Of a stretch of 55,741 nt of DNA, positions 1 to 9,061 are shown in pieces. The translations under genes were made by a program, and so were the position numbers. The notes beneath the pieces were generated by a model that saw only the letters and a list, made by a program, of their open reading frames with translations, was not told the DNA's origin and did not search any database. Numbering within the stretch: position 1 is the stretch's first letter; every line of letters begins with the position of its first letter. Source of the stretch: a virus (Duplodnaviria > Caudoviricetes); IMG/VR virus record IMGVR_UViG_3300043473_000044, positions 1 through 55,741 of that record, one strand, 5' to 3'.

Positions 1-127
1 TAGACGGGCGCTTCTGTCGTAGTTGGCGTTCCTGCTGCGGATGTTTCTGTTGAGGTAGTGGTGCCCGTTTCTGTTGTCGTTTCGGTTCCGGTGGCTTCTG
101 CTGTTCCCGCAGGGTCCCCCGTCGTTT
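1..127. repeat. Terminal overlap, identical to 55615-55741 (circular assembly overlap)
   Basis: Exact 127-nt match of the two ends; 127 is a common assembler k-mer; it lies inside an ORF that reads through the junction. Confidence 0.95.
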
Positions 128-152
128 CGGGTGCTGCGTTTTCGTCTGACAT
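1..152 (-). CDS. Capsid scaffolding protein, 5' part (continues across the junction to 54843)
   Basis: ATG at 152 preceded by TAGGAG RBS; MSDENAAPETTGDPAG... stays in frame with the 54843-55523 ORF once the overlap is collapsed (about 307 aa in total). Confidence 0.8.
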   Translation of the reverse strand, partial: MSDENAAPETTGDPAGTAEATGTETTTETGTTTSTETSAAGTPTTTEAPV

Positions 153-182
153 TTAATGCTCCTAGTAGTTATGGAATCGGGT

Positions 183-431
183 TTACTCTACGACGTGCCA
201 ATCGTCTGTCAGCATATCTGTTTGGCTGGCCAACCAAGGAACCCGCGCTCCGGGGGTGTTGGCAGAATCAGAAGGATAGTTAATGTAGATGTAAGGCAAA
301 GTCATCTTGCTATTAGCATCTGGAACCTGAAGTTCGAGCCATAAACCCTTACCGTTCCAACCGCTACGTTGGACTTTATTTCCTTTACGCAGTGATGCAA
401 GCGCGCCTCCAAACGATAAATCTGTAGTCAT
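183..431 (-). CDS. tad2: DUF2829 / Tad2-like anti-defence sponge protein
   Basis: F.GAL..L..G.KV.R.GWNGKG.W ... VPWLASQTDML.DDW signature of DUF2829. Confidence 0.85.
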   Translation of the reverse strand: MTTDLSFGGALASLRKGNKVQRSGWNGKGLWLELQVPDANSKMTLPYIYINYPSDSANTPGARVPWLASQTDMLTDDWHVVE

Positions 432-440
432 TTAATGCTC

Positions 441-542
441 CTAGTAGTTATAAATCAGTCTTAAAATAAAATAAAGTTCTACGGCTTTACACACCAGCAC
501 GATCGTCGTGCCGATAAGCATCCCGGTCAGAAAGTAGCCCAA
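441..542 (-). CDS. Possible small membrane peptide (33 aa, LGYFLTGMLIGTTIVLVCKAVELYFILRLIYNY)
   Basis: Hand-translated; hydrophobic and fills the gap between two genes; weak TTG start. Confidence 0.3.
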   Translation of the reverse strand: MGYFLTGMLIGTTIVLVCKAVELYFILRLIYNY

Positions 543-547
543 ATTTT

Positions 548-736
548 TCAGTTCAGTTCTACTACCTTCAATACGGTTTCAGGAAACTCGCCTACCCGGA
601 GGATGCCCTCGGATATCCAGAGGCACTGGATCGTTCGGCAGTCCTCGCCCATGAAGTGCTTCCGCGCTTGCTGCACGGTCATTAGTTGATCGGAAGATGG
701 AAGCTTTACAACGGTACCCGGTTTGAATTCAGGCAT
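548..736 (-). CDS. DUF2158 / YodC-like small protein
   Basis: FKPG.VV.L.S....MTV...C.W......F.E..L pattern; AAGGAG RBS before ATG at 736. Confidence 0.7.
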   Translation of the reverse strand: MPEFKPGTVVKLPSSDQLMTVQQARKHFMGEDCRTIQCLWISEGILRVGEFPETVLKVVELN

Positions 737-855
737 TTTAATCTCCTTAAATTTATGCCGGATTTGGTAGATTAAAAGGCGCTCCGGCGGCGCCACTTAT
801 AGTCCCAACGGCCGGTTTTACGAAAGCCGTCGGCCACATCTACCAGATGGTTCAT

Positions 856-1140
856 TTATGACTGTTTGTTCTCCTTGAATTTCATCAAATTTAACTTCAG
901 CATCTTCACGATTTGCAAGCCCACGAAGCGGCGACCGCTCACGAAGGCGTGATCCCGAGCATCGCTCCGGTATTCAAGATCATAGGTGCCAGCAGCGTGG
1001 TTGATGACCCAATCGAGCGCGCGCTTCTGTTGATCAGAGTCCGCTGCTCCTGCTGCCAGTGCTTGCATCGCTGCGATATCCGGTAGTTCATACGGCGCCG
1101 GGTTACACGCTGGCGGTTCTACGAATTTCTTTGGGGCCAT
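856..1140 (-). CDS. Conserved podophage head-module protein (Bbp19-like)
   Basis: Position between portal and scaffold; HAF..GRR.VGL.I motif. Confidence 0.55.
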   Translation of the reverse strand: MAPKKFVEPPACNPAPYELPDIAAMQALAAGAADSDQQKRALDWVINHAAGTYDLEYRSDARDHAFVSGRRFVGLQIVKMLKLNLMKFKENKQS

Positions 1141-1265
1141 AAAGATAGTGCTAAAATATTATTGCTCCAGATGTGTGATGGATTTCTCTGAGATTCTATC
1201 GCCGTTGATAAAGAGTTTTTGAACCTCCCTCTTAATCAACGCCCCGTCTGGGGCACCTTCCACCT

Positions 1266-1676
1266 TTAGCTTACAACTTTCCAATCTTCTGCTAACAGAT
1301 CGGCTTTAGTGAGCGTCCATGTAGCATCATTCATGGCTAAGTGCTTACTAGCTGCCCATCCTGCACGGGCGACCTTCTTGCCCTTGCGTACCGCTTCAAC
1401 AGCCAAGCCAAAACTGAGGCCGTCTGTACGATGGTAAGCCTTCACGAACTGCGCTTTGGACAGCCAGCTAACATAGCCTTCATACCCCGGAAGATTTGGG
1501 GCATAACCTATGTGTACGACAAGAAAACCTTCATCGTCGCCGTCTTCACCCGCTGGCAAAGTTGTACCCGCGAGATCGTGAAACTCTCCACGGGTCAGTA
1601 CCTTGGCTTTTATCAGCTTAGTTCCGATGTAGTTAGCTAATTCATGGTCATTGCAAGTTTTTGTTGCTGTATTCAT
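1266..1676 (-). CDS. Two-domain protein: YIGTK N-terminal domain fused to DUF2829/Tad2
   Basis: YIGTK..KA ... YVSW..K..F.KAY followed by GLSFGLAVEAVRKGKKVARAGW ... DLLAEDW. Confidence 0.75.
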   Translation of the reverse strand: MNTATKTCNDHELANYIGTKLIKAKVLTRGEFHDLAGTTLPAGEDGDDEGFLVVHIGYAPNLPGYEGYVSWLSKAQFVKAYHRTDGLSFGLAVEAVRKGKKVARAGWAASKHLAMNDATWTLTKADLLAEDWKVVS

Positions 1677-1697
1677 CTTTACTGCTCCTTTTAGTTA

Positions 1698-3341
1698 TCA
1701 CACAACAGCTTGCGCTTGTGTTGGTTGCTGCGCCTGTGCCTCGGCCATGGTCTTAGCGATGTCGCTGCCTTGTTGCATTTGGTCAAGTAATTGCGCAGTT
1801 TGTTGCTGTTGCTGCTGTTGTTGCTCGATCGCAGCAACATCATTCTCGGAACGCATCCACTTGGATGGCGTCCCGATACTTTGAAGCACGTCGCGGAAGG
1901 CGATCTTGACGTCGATGATCGCGGAGGCCGATGGGTCGATCGCAACCGCCTCGGCCATCATGCTCTTGGCCTCAAGGAAGCGTTGACCTTTCTGTCTCTC
2001 GGTCGCGTCGTGCAGCGGTGATTCGAAGGCGAACTCATATCCCATGCCCTGAAGTTCACGCGGCATATCCATAGGTGATCCGAAGGCTCCGGCGCGCAGC
2101 ATGAGCGAAAACGTGTTCTCGCAGATCGGTGCGTTGTACTCGGCCTCCATCGGCTCGAACAGCGGCATTGCTTGCCGGATGTACTCCTGTACGCGCTGGC
2201 CAACTTCGTATGCAGTCATCTCGCGCTCCGACGGGGGCATGGACAGCTTATTGAGGAAAAAACACTCAGCGATCATCTGCTGAGTGTCCCGCGCCATGTC
2301 GCGCCCTAGAGGGATTCCCCGGGTGTCCTGAGTCAGAGGGCGCAGGACTTCGCCCATGCGCTCGTCGTACTCAGAATCGACCCATGTCACGCCACCAGCG
2401 TAGATGCTGATATCCGACCGCAGGGCTTCCTGCACTGCAATCATCGGGGGATTGGTAGCCTTCTCCCCGGCCTCAAGCAGGACGCGCGTCATCGCCTGTA
2501 TCAGCCGGGCGTCAGGCAATGCTGCGACCGTGGAGGGCGAGTAGGCGTACTGTGAACCGGACACGGTTTGCCAGCGCGGTATGACGTACTCCATGGTGAA
2601 GATGCCGACTTGCTCCATGATGTGCTTGTTATCCACGTCGATGTAGTACGACTTGAACGGTGTACGGGAAGGTCTGCCGTCGGGCATGTAATCGGACGGC
2701 ACGATGCAGTGCCACACGTTAAATTCGCAGAACGGATCGCTCTCAAGCTTGTCTGTGACGCTTTGGTGTACCTTGCCGGGGAACAAGATAGAGAGTTCGC
2801 GCGCCGTGGGTTTCCATTTCCGGTACACGGTATCCACCATGCCCTCGTCATTTTCGCGCCATGCCACATCGCGCAGGTGCCAGCAACGATATAATAGGCC
2901 GTCTGCGTTTTTGTTGAGCGATGTCTGAATGACGGCTTGGCCAAAGGTGGCGAAGTCATGGTCGGCTTCTTTGGTAGCGCGTGTAAACTGCGCCCGTCTG
3001 TTGTACATCGCTCTTTTTTGAACGCTTGACGCCCATTCGAGCCACGCCCGGGCTTCAGTTCCCAAGTTCTCCCAATTCTGTGAAGTTCGCAGCCTGAACC
3101 ACTCCTTGCTGGTAGGCCGCAACATGGAGCCTAGCGCGTTGCCGAGATCGCGTCGTGCAAGCAGGGGGTAGCTGGTCGTCAGATGGTCAGCGAATTCCTG
3201 CCCAACATTGCGGATCGTCGTGAAATCCGCGCGCTCGGGATAGAAGTTGTCGGCAATTTCTTGCCACAATGAGAGCAGGGACGATCTGCTATCAAACAAC
3301 TTGCCCCCCTGCTTCAGGTGGAATTCGATGGTGTCCTGCAT
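1698..3341 (-). CDS. Portal (head-tail connector) protein, T7/BPP-1 type
   Basis: 547 aa; WQEIADNFYPERADF, PRW...SG..Y..SP, MTA.EV..R motifs; Gln-rich C-terminus. Confidence 0.92.
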   Translation of the reverse strand: MQDTIEFHLKQGGKLFDSRSSLLSLWQEIADNFYPERADFTTIRNVGQEFADHLTTSYPLLARRDLGNALGSMLRPTSKEWFRLRTSQNWENLGTEARAWLEWASSVQKRAMYNRRAQFTRATKEADHDFATFGQAVIQTSLNKNADGLLYRCWHLRDVAWRENDEGMVDTVYRKWKPTARELSILFPGKVHQSVTDKLESDPFCEFNVWHCIVPSDYMPDGRPSRTPFKSYYIDVDNKHIMEQVGIFTMEYVIPRWQTVSGSQYAYSPSTVAALPDARLIQAMTRVLLEAGEKATNPPMIAVQEALRSDISIYAGGVTWVDSEYDERMGEVLRPLTQDTRGIPLGRDMARDTQQMIAECFFLNKLSMPPSEREMTAYEVGQRVQEYIRQAMPLFEPMEAEYNAPICENTFSLMLRAGAFGSPMDMPRELQGMGYEFAFESPLHDATERQKGQRFLEAKSMMAEAVAIDPSASAIIDVKIAFRDVLQSIGTPSKWMRSENDVAAIEQQQQQQQQTAQLLDQMQQGSDIAKTMAEAQAQQPTQAQAVV

Positions 3342-3342
3342 G

Positions 3343-3729
3343 CTATCCTCCTAATAAGGTGCTCGGAGCAGTCTTAGGTTTCCGTTGGTCACGCAGCCTT
3401 TGCAAACCCGCTTCATCAAAATCCACAATAGAGCCGCCTATGGGTGCGTAAGTGAACCCGCCGTAATCGTTTGGCATCTTCTGGACTTTAGTAGGGTCTT
3501 CATCTTTAGCGATAAAGCCAAACTCCTGCAGCAATTTAACATCCTCGTAAGGATCAGGCGCTTCAGTTTGCGTCGGGGCGTTCGGGTCTGTTGGCTCCAC
3601 GCCTGTTTCCTCAAACAGCTTCTGTGCATTTACGCGCCGGGCGCGTTCCACCCCCGCCTCGTAAGTGCTGCCGAGGGTCGGATCGTTGGGGCTTAATAAC
3701 GTCGTCGGTTTTTTCGGTGTCGTTGCCAT
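3343..3729 (-). CDS. Hypothetical protein
   Basis: 128-aa ORF coupled in the late operon; ends TLLGG. Confidence 0.6.
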   Translation of the reverse strand: MATTPKKPTTLLSPNDPTLGSTYEAGVERARRVNAQKLFEETGVEPTDPNAPTQTEAPDPYEDVKLLQEFGFIAKDEDPTKVQKMPNDYGGFTYAPIGGSIVDFDEAGLQRLRDQRKPKTAPSTLLGG

Positions 3730-3730
3730 C

Positions 3731-4015
3731 TTAATATCCTCCCCCCAAGCTATCAGAAGGTCCCCTGTCCTCGGTCAGGATCGTACTTTCCCGGCCTTGC
3801 CGTTGCGTTTGACGCAGCAACGATCTCCGGCGCGCCTCCTCGACCGACTTGGTATCGATAGTCGGCATGACGGCCTTCACCGGCTCAAGCTTGGGTTCTT
3901 CAATAGCCGCTGGTTCTGGCAACGCCGCTGGTTCTCTTGGAGATTTGGACATGGCCTTGCTGATTATGGCTCCGGTCGCTGCGGCAGCGACGGCTGCTAC
4001 GACTGCTGGTGGCAT
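3731..4015 (-). CDS. Small virion-associated protein upstream of portal
   Basis: Ala-rich N-terminus and RQGRESTILT...LG C-terminus typical of podophage pre-portal genes. Confidence 0.6.
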   Translation of the reverse strand: MPPAVVAAVAAAATGAIISKAMSKSPREPAALPEPAAIEEPKLEPVKAVMPTIDTKSVEEARRRSLLRQTQRQGRESTILTEDRGPSDSLGGGY

Positions 4016-4476
4016 TTTGATATCCTTTTTTGATAAATTATTGAGATCGGTTCATACCCCAAGAACTCCAGCAAGTGACCCAACTTCATGTCCTTCAGGT
4101 TCGTATGGTTAAAAACCAAGTGTATCCCCATTACTGCAAAGTGTTCCTCTGCGAGTCGAATCAGCCGGGTGCCGACCATGCCTCCACGATACTCTGGTCT
4201 GACATAGAACACGTCCTGCGTCGCTTGCCATTCGTCTACGCAATGCACTCCTTGATGGATAAAGACCGCCGAGTACCCGATCATCTTGTCGTTCTGTTCA
4301 GTATCCCGCGCGGTGAAGATCATCAAACCGCCGTTGGCGTCAGCGTTCCGATACAGTTCGTAATTGACGTTCAGCGGTGTGCCCGGGGAGTGCGTCAGTT
4401 CCCTCCAGTGAGCTTCCAGCATAGGACTCATCTCATCCAGCACACTTTCAAACGCCTCGCTTTGATACGTTATCAT
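3997..4476 (-). CDS. GNAT-family acetyltransferase-like protein
   Basis: DVFYVRPEYRGG.VG.RLI acetyl-CoA motif A; LGYEP. Confidence 0.8.
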   Translation of the reverse strand: MITYQSEAFESVLDEMSPMLEAHWRELTHSPGTPLNVNYELYRNADANGGLMIFTARDTEQNDKMIGYSAVFIHQGVHCVDEWQATQDVFYVRPEYRGGMVGTRLIRLAEEHFAVMGIHLVFNHTNLKDMKLGHLLEFLGYEPISIIYQKRISKCHQQS

Positions 4477-6050
4477 CTGTGCCTCCGTGCAAGCGCCCCC
4501 CGGCCCATTATCACTTGTGGCGTCATTCTACCGCCTTTGACGTTCTTCCACTCCCCGCCAGCAAGCTGTTCCACCTTGTAACCATCCCACCACGCCATGA
4601 CTACGGCATCTCCCCGATCGGGAGATCGATTGAGGCGCTTGCACACATCCTCCTTGCTCTCTAGCCGGATGCCTCTGGACGTCACCTCGTAACGCGGCGC
4701 ACAAAGGTCGGACACCAGTTCGGGATCGATGGGCAATATGATGTTGGAGCCTTGTGGCTGCGATGGGTCGAGCGCTTCGCGAAAGCGCCAGTACGCCTCG
4801 GTGCGCACGTTGAAAAACGCCAGTTGCCGGTCGCGTGTGCGCCGGGACGAGGACTTGATCCCCATGTAGGCCACGCAGTCGATGCCGTTCGCTTTCATGT
4901 GCGCGTAGGCCTCGCCACCCCATCCGCCGCCGATATCCACCACAACGCGGCACTCATCACGCCGGTTGGTCACGACCTGCCCCGCAACGCTTGGCCCATC
5001 CTTGGTCTGAGCGCCGGGGATGACAAGAAGCGGCGCGTACCAGCCGTCGTACCTTGTCGCCAGCACGGTGTTGTCGTTACCGCCCTGCGCCACGTCGACC
5101 CCGATGCAGCACATCGGTACCCCGTAGGGCGGATTCTTCGTCCAGCGCGCTTGCGCTTCGAGCACCCACGCCGAGGGGAGCGCTTGCATAGGCTCATCAC
5201 GCAGCCCCACGCCGAAATCACCGTCGCGATAAGCGAGGCGCAAGTCTTCAGGGAGGCCAGCTAAGGCGGCAGCGTAGTTAGTGGCTGAAAGATCAGGGTT
5301 ATCGGACAGTTTTGAGGGTATAAACGTGCGTGATCGCGCAAAGACCTTTTCTCCGTTTATAATGTGCGGTCCGCGACCGTCAACCTCAATCTCCTTCCCT
5401 TCCTCGCCGGTCGTGTACCAGCGAAGTTCTCCGGGGCGTGCGGGGTTGGCATGGCGCGGATCAAGCCATGCACCCCACCTCTTTACCACCCATAGACCTT
5501 CAGGACGCGTTGGCGGGTTCCCTGCTGCCACAATACGGCACCGTTGTCTTGGGTCAGCGCTCCGGTTCCATGCGTTGATGAACACATATTGAGTCTCGGT
5601 GAAGTCGCTCACCTCATCGAACGCGATCAAACTGTGCGGGTTCCCCTTGTATCGTTGCTTATCCGACTCTAACTGGCATCCACCGATGTCGATAATGCGA
5701 TCGGTGCCCGGTACCCGCCATGTGCCTTTCTGCGAGTTATACCCGTCGCGGGAGCCTAGAATCTCACCTATCCGGTCGGCAAGGCCGTCGGCCTCCTTAT
5801 TGGTTCGCCGCAGGATCAGGGAGCGATCGTGCTCGTTTATGGCCAGCCCGATCTCGAGATCGGACTTGCCGCCCCCGGCCTGTCCGCCGAAGAAAATCTC
5901 ATCGGCCTCGGAGAAGTACGCCGCAGTCTGAGGTCCCGGATTCGGCACCCACTTCATGTGGGCGGTCGCGTTCATCGCAAGCTGCTCGATCTCCTGACGG
6001 GATCGGGCGTCCTTAGTGTCCAGTGTTCGGATCAGTTCCTCGACGCGCAT
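4473..6050 (-). CDS. terL: Terminase large subunit
   Basis: Walker A GGQAGGGKS, Walker B LIAFDE, coupling motif AGNP, nuclease IGVDVA.GG.D and SPDRGDA. Confidence 0.93.
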   Translation of the reverse strand: MRVEELIRTLDTKDARSRQEIEQLAMNATAHMKWVPNPGPQTAAYFSEADEIFFGGQAGGGKSDLEIGLAINEHDRSLILRRTNKEADGLADRIGEILGSRDGYNSQKGTWRVPGTDRIIDIGGCQLESDKQRYKGNPHSLIAFDEVSDFTETQYVFINAWNRSADPRQRCRIVAAGNPPTRPEGLWVVKRWGAWLDPRHANPARPGELRWYTTGEEGKEIEVDGRGPHIINGEKVFARSRTFIPSKLSDNPDLSATNYAAALAGLPEDLRLAYRDGDFGVGLRDEPMQALPSAWVLEAQARWTKNPPYGVPMCCIGVDVAQGGNDNTVLATRYDGWYAPLLVIPGAQTKDGPSVAGQVVTNRRDECRVVVDIGGGWGGEAYAHMKANGIDCVAYMGIKSSSRRTRDRQLAFFNVRTEAYWRFREALDPSQPQGSNIILPIDPELVSDLCAPRYEVTSRGIRLESKEDVCKRLNRSPDRGDAVVMAWWDGYKVEQLAGGEWKNVKGGRMTPQVIMGRGALARRHR

Positions 6051-6051
6051 C

Positions 6052-7617
6052 TTAACGCCCCACTCCCATTAACATGCGCTTCCGGTCCCCGGCGGACGAT
6101 ATGCCGGTCAATTGAAGCAGCCGCGCGGTGAACTTGAAGTTCGCCGTGGTCAGCAAGATGATCACCGGCTCGGCAACGGGATTGACCTCGGTAGGATCAA
6201 AGTCAAACGTGGTCGCATCCAGCGTCACCTTCACGAAGGACGTCGTCCCGGTAGGTGCCGGGATGAAGTCGAAGTGCGCCACATCGAGCGAGACTGTCGT
6301 CTTGATTCCCAGCGGGTTCGGTACAAAGTTAAATACCCCCGGGATGAGATCAAGCACCGTTCCCGGTGGCCTGTTCTTCGCGTCGATGGGCAGCGTGGTG
6401 AACTCAAGACCGTCCGCTTCCACGTCCAGCGTGATCGTCTTCGCCGCGCTTACCTCTGCCCCGGAGAAGTTGAACTCAGCGGGATCAAGTGCGATCTGCT
6501 GGCCGATGAACATGCTCTGGCCAACGAAGTCGAAGGTCGCGGCATCGAGCGCGGGTCCGGCGACGAGATCGAGATCGGAAGTGAAAAAGTCGAAGGAGGT
6601 AGATTCCAGTTCGACCAGTGTAGCCATCTCGATGTCGTTGGCCACGAAGTCCATGGTTGTAGAATCAAGGCTCCACAACTCTCCAACGCTTATCGCAGCG
6701 CTTGGAAGGAAATTGAAGTCCGCAGTGCCGAGAGTGTTGCGAATTGCAAACTGGATACTTGGCCGACCAAAGTCAAAGATCGATACCTGAAACGATAGCT
6801 TCCTCAGTAACTGGATCGTGGTCGGCGTCAGTTTCAGGAGCGGAGGGCTGAACGTCATCGCGACTTTCGGCGCGATCGCGTTGGCCACGCCCGTCATCTT
6901 GAAGTCAGCGGGGGTCAAGTCCAGAACGAAGGGCACCGGCGCGGTATCGAACTCCACGCTGACGACCGTCCCGGTCATGGTTATGCCCGGCCATGCGATC
7001 GCCGTGGTTCCGGGGGTGTTGGCGTCCTTACTTACTACGCTGTCGTAAACCGTCGGCGTGTTGTATACGCTCGCAAACAGCATCGTAAACCCGGCAGGGG
7101 CGGTAGAGGGGTTCGCGTTGACCGTGTTCGCGAACAGCGACATTAATATTGGATTCGCCGCTAACCGGGCACTGTCCCACACTCCTGAATTAGCTCCACC
7201 CCCTGACGCCGGGACGTTAATCTTGAATTGTTTTACCGCTGCAAGACCTGCTCTCGACATCCCGGTTATCTTCAGGATGAGCATCCCCCCTCCGGTATCT
7301 ACCGGCGAGACAGGAGCGGGAGCCGTATATGTTGTCTGTACTGCTACTCCGAGGAGGGCGTTCCGCACATAGATAGCTTGCGAAACAATCCCCCCGGTGG
7401 ACATGGTCGCGATAGCGCCGATCAGGGAGTAAGTACCTAATCCGTCAGGGTTGTTATCAAACGGGCTATCCCACGCAGCGGTACCGGAGTGGTCAACAAC
7501 GATCGCTACCAGATCACCAACAGCGGGTTGCGGTCCCGACAACGCTGGGGTAAAAACCTTGTCCCCGGCGTTGGTGTTGAAGACCCGACTGTTTGCGTAA
7601 ACTACTATCGCCGCCAT
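6052..7617 (-). CDS. Putative virion fibre/appendage protein with about 13 beta-repeats
   Basis: N-terminal beta-sandwich-like region, then about 21-aa repeats L(D).A.F(D)F; ends RKRMLMGVGR. Confidence 0.6.
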   Translation of the reverse strand: MAAIVVYANSRVFNTNAGDKVFTPALSGPQPAVGDLVAIVVDHSGTAAWDSPFDNNPDGLGTYSLIGAIATMSTGGIVSQAIYVRNALLGVAVQTTYTAPAPVSPVDTGGGMLILKITGMSRAGLAAVKQFKINVPASGGGANSGVWDSARLAANPILMSLFANTVNANPSTAPAGFTMLFASVYNTPTVYDSVVSKDANTPGTTAIAWPGITMTGTVVSVEFDTAPVPFVLDLTPADFKMTGVANAIAPKVAMTFSPPLLKLTPTTIQLLRKLSFQVSIFDFGRPSIQFAIRNTLGTADFNFLPSAAISVGELWSLDSTTMDFVANDIEMATLVELESTSFDFFTSDLDLVAGPALDAATFDFVGQSMFIGQQIALDPAEFNFSGAEVSAAKTITLDVEADGLEFTTLPIDAKNRPPGTVLDLIPGVFNFVPNPLGIKTTVSLDVAHFDFIPAPTGTTSFVKVTLDATTFDFDPTEVNPVAEPVIILLTTANFKFTARLLQLTGISSAGDRKRMLMGVGR

Positions 7618-7618
7618 G

Positions 7619-7855
7619 TCAGCCCCCCAATCCTGTCAGGGCACGACGCGATCCAGTGACAAGGCTCTGCACGGGGAACAACAGCCTCCCGCGCAGGGTG
7701 AAGCTGGCCGTGCCAAGGGTCACTTTGGCGGCTGTGGATATTGCCGGGACTACAAGGTTGAACGTCGCCGGATCAGCGTCCACGACGTTCTCTCCCGGAG
7801 TCAGTCCGGCCTCCGTCGAGAAGCCGAGGGCGGCGGTAATTAACTCGACGATCAT
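7619..7855 (-). CDS. Short paralog of the fibre-repeat protein
   Basis: Two repeats (DADPATFNL, TLGTASFTL) and C-terminal RRALTGLGG. Confidence 0.55.
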   Translation of the reverse strand: MIVELITAALGFSTEAGLTPGENVVDADPATFNLVVPAISTAAKVTLGTASFTLRGRLLFPVQSLVTGSRRALTGLGG

Positions 7856-7870
7856 GCCGCCTCCTTGGAA

Positions 7871-8332
7871 TTATCTGCTGCTGGTGTAGATACCGGATGC
7901 GCTGAAGGCTACGCTGAAATCGGACGCGACGTTACCGAGGTCGGCACCGAAGTCGTTCGAGAACCCGACGAGCCGGGACGATGCCTGTGCGCCGGTGTCG
8001 TAGTACAGGATCGCCCGTCGCCCGTTGGCGAACCCGGCAGCGTTCTGTACCCACGTCGCGGGATCGGAGGCGTCAAACGTCAGCACACCGGCGGTCGGTC
8101 CCGTCCACGTCGGTGCCGCGCAAACGTTACCGCCAGCCGTGTACCCGGTGCCCACAACTTCGTTCGTCGCCGGTACCAAGTCGTCGTAGAAATCCCACGC
8201 GCCCTGCTCGGATGAACCGATAGTCATCGCCTTGAAGATCGCCAGCTTCAGCGTTCCGGCGATCGCCGCAGCACGGGCAGGATCAGCTACCGCTTTTCTC
8301 CAGTTGTCGAACAGGTTAAATGCTGTTGCCAT
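7871..8332 (-). CDS. Conserved phage structural protein (fibre adaptor-like)
   Basis: NEV.GTGYTAGG ... TFDA.DP.W ... DFG ... F.ASGI family pattern; AAGGAG RBS. Confidence 0.65.
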   Translation of the reverse strand: MATAFNLFDNWRKAVADPARAAAIAGTLKLAIFKAMTIGSSEQGAWDFYDDLVPATNEVVGTGYTAGGNVCAAPTWTGPTAGVLTFDASDPATWVQNAAGFANGRRAILYYDTGAQASSRLVGFSNDFGADLGNVASDFSVAFSASGIYTSSR

Positions 8333-8360
8333 GTCGTTTCTCCTTTAAAGAAAGTGTTAT

Positions 8361-8765
8361 TTAGTGTCTGTGCTTGTCGTGGCCATGACCATGGCCATGA
8401 CCGTGATCACGGTAGTGTTGTCGTTCGTAGTACCGCCTGTAGTAAACCTGACAGGACGGATGTTCCCGGTAAATCCATCCGCAATGTGGAGGCTGCGGGA
8501 ACGGAGGATAAGGTTGTGGATAAACAATCTGCGGGTAGAGAACTTGTGGCTGCGGTTGTACATAGACCGGCGGACGCCCGGTGGCTATGGCGACGGAAGT
8601 GCCATAAGGCCCCGTGCTGAAGTCTATCTGAGGCTGAGGCCGGTTCTGTTCATGCGCCTCGACCTGCCTCCCGAAGAAGACCGCATATAGAAAGATCGCG
8701 GCTGAGGCCAGCACGATGAGCCAGTAAAGCCACCACCAGTTCTGCTTCATTAGGGCATTACGCAC
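8361..8765 (-). CDS. Membrane-anchored Pro/Gln/His-rich protein
   Basis: N-terminal hydrophobic helix WWWLYWLIVLASAAIFLYAVFF; QPQP and HGHG low-complexity tracts. Confidence 0.55.
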   Translation of the reverse strand: MRNALMKQNWWWLYWLIVLASAAIFLYAVFFGRQVEAHEQNRPQPQIDFSTGPYGTSVAIATGRPPVYVQPQPQVLYPQIVYPQPYPPFPQPPHCGWIYREHPSCQVYYRRYYERQHYRDHGHGHGHGHDKHRH

Positions 8766-9049
8766 CCGGGAGGGTTCTCAGGCGTGGGGCCGGGCACCGG
8801 ATCGACCTTGCCGTAGGCGGCTTCCCGATAACGCTCGATCTCCGCATCCGGGATATTCGCGCCTTCCTCCTTCGCCTGTACCAAGCGCTGATACCGCGCG
8901 AGTGCCCGGGCGTCTACGATCTCGGGTGACGGAGCGAAGTTCAGCGGGTTGTTCGGATCAGCGGGTACGGGTTCCGCCATGGCGCGGACGTTGACCGGAT
9001 GGGACGTCATGGGGATGTCGAACGGTGTGGATGCGCGCTTCTGGTTCAT
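8750..9049 (-). CDS. Hypothetical protein
   Basis: AAGGAG RBS; in operon. Confidence 0.65.
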   Translation of the reverse strand: MNQKRASTPFDIPMTSHPVNVRAMAEPVPADPNNPLNFAPSPEIVDARALARYQRLVQAKEEGANIPDAEIERYREAAYGKVDPVPGPTPENPPGCVMP

Positions 9050-9061
9050 GCTTAAGTCTCC

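Noticed and set aside
772-855. 27-aa minus-strand ORF overlapping a hairpin
   Set aside because: Too short and featureless to separate from a structured intergenic spacer.
1798-1825. Poly-Gln CAG/CAA tract in the portal as a contingency locus
   Set aside because: The codons are mixed, and Gln-rich C-termini are normal for this portal family.
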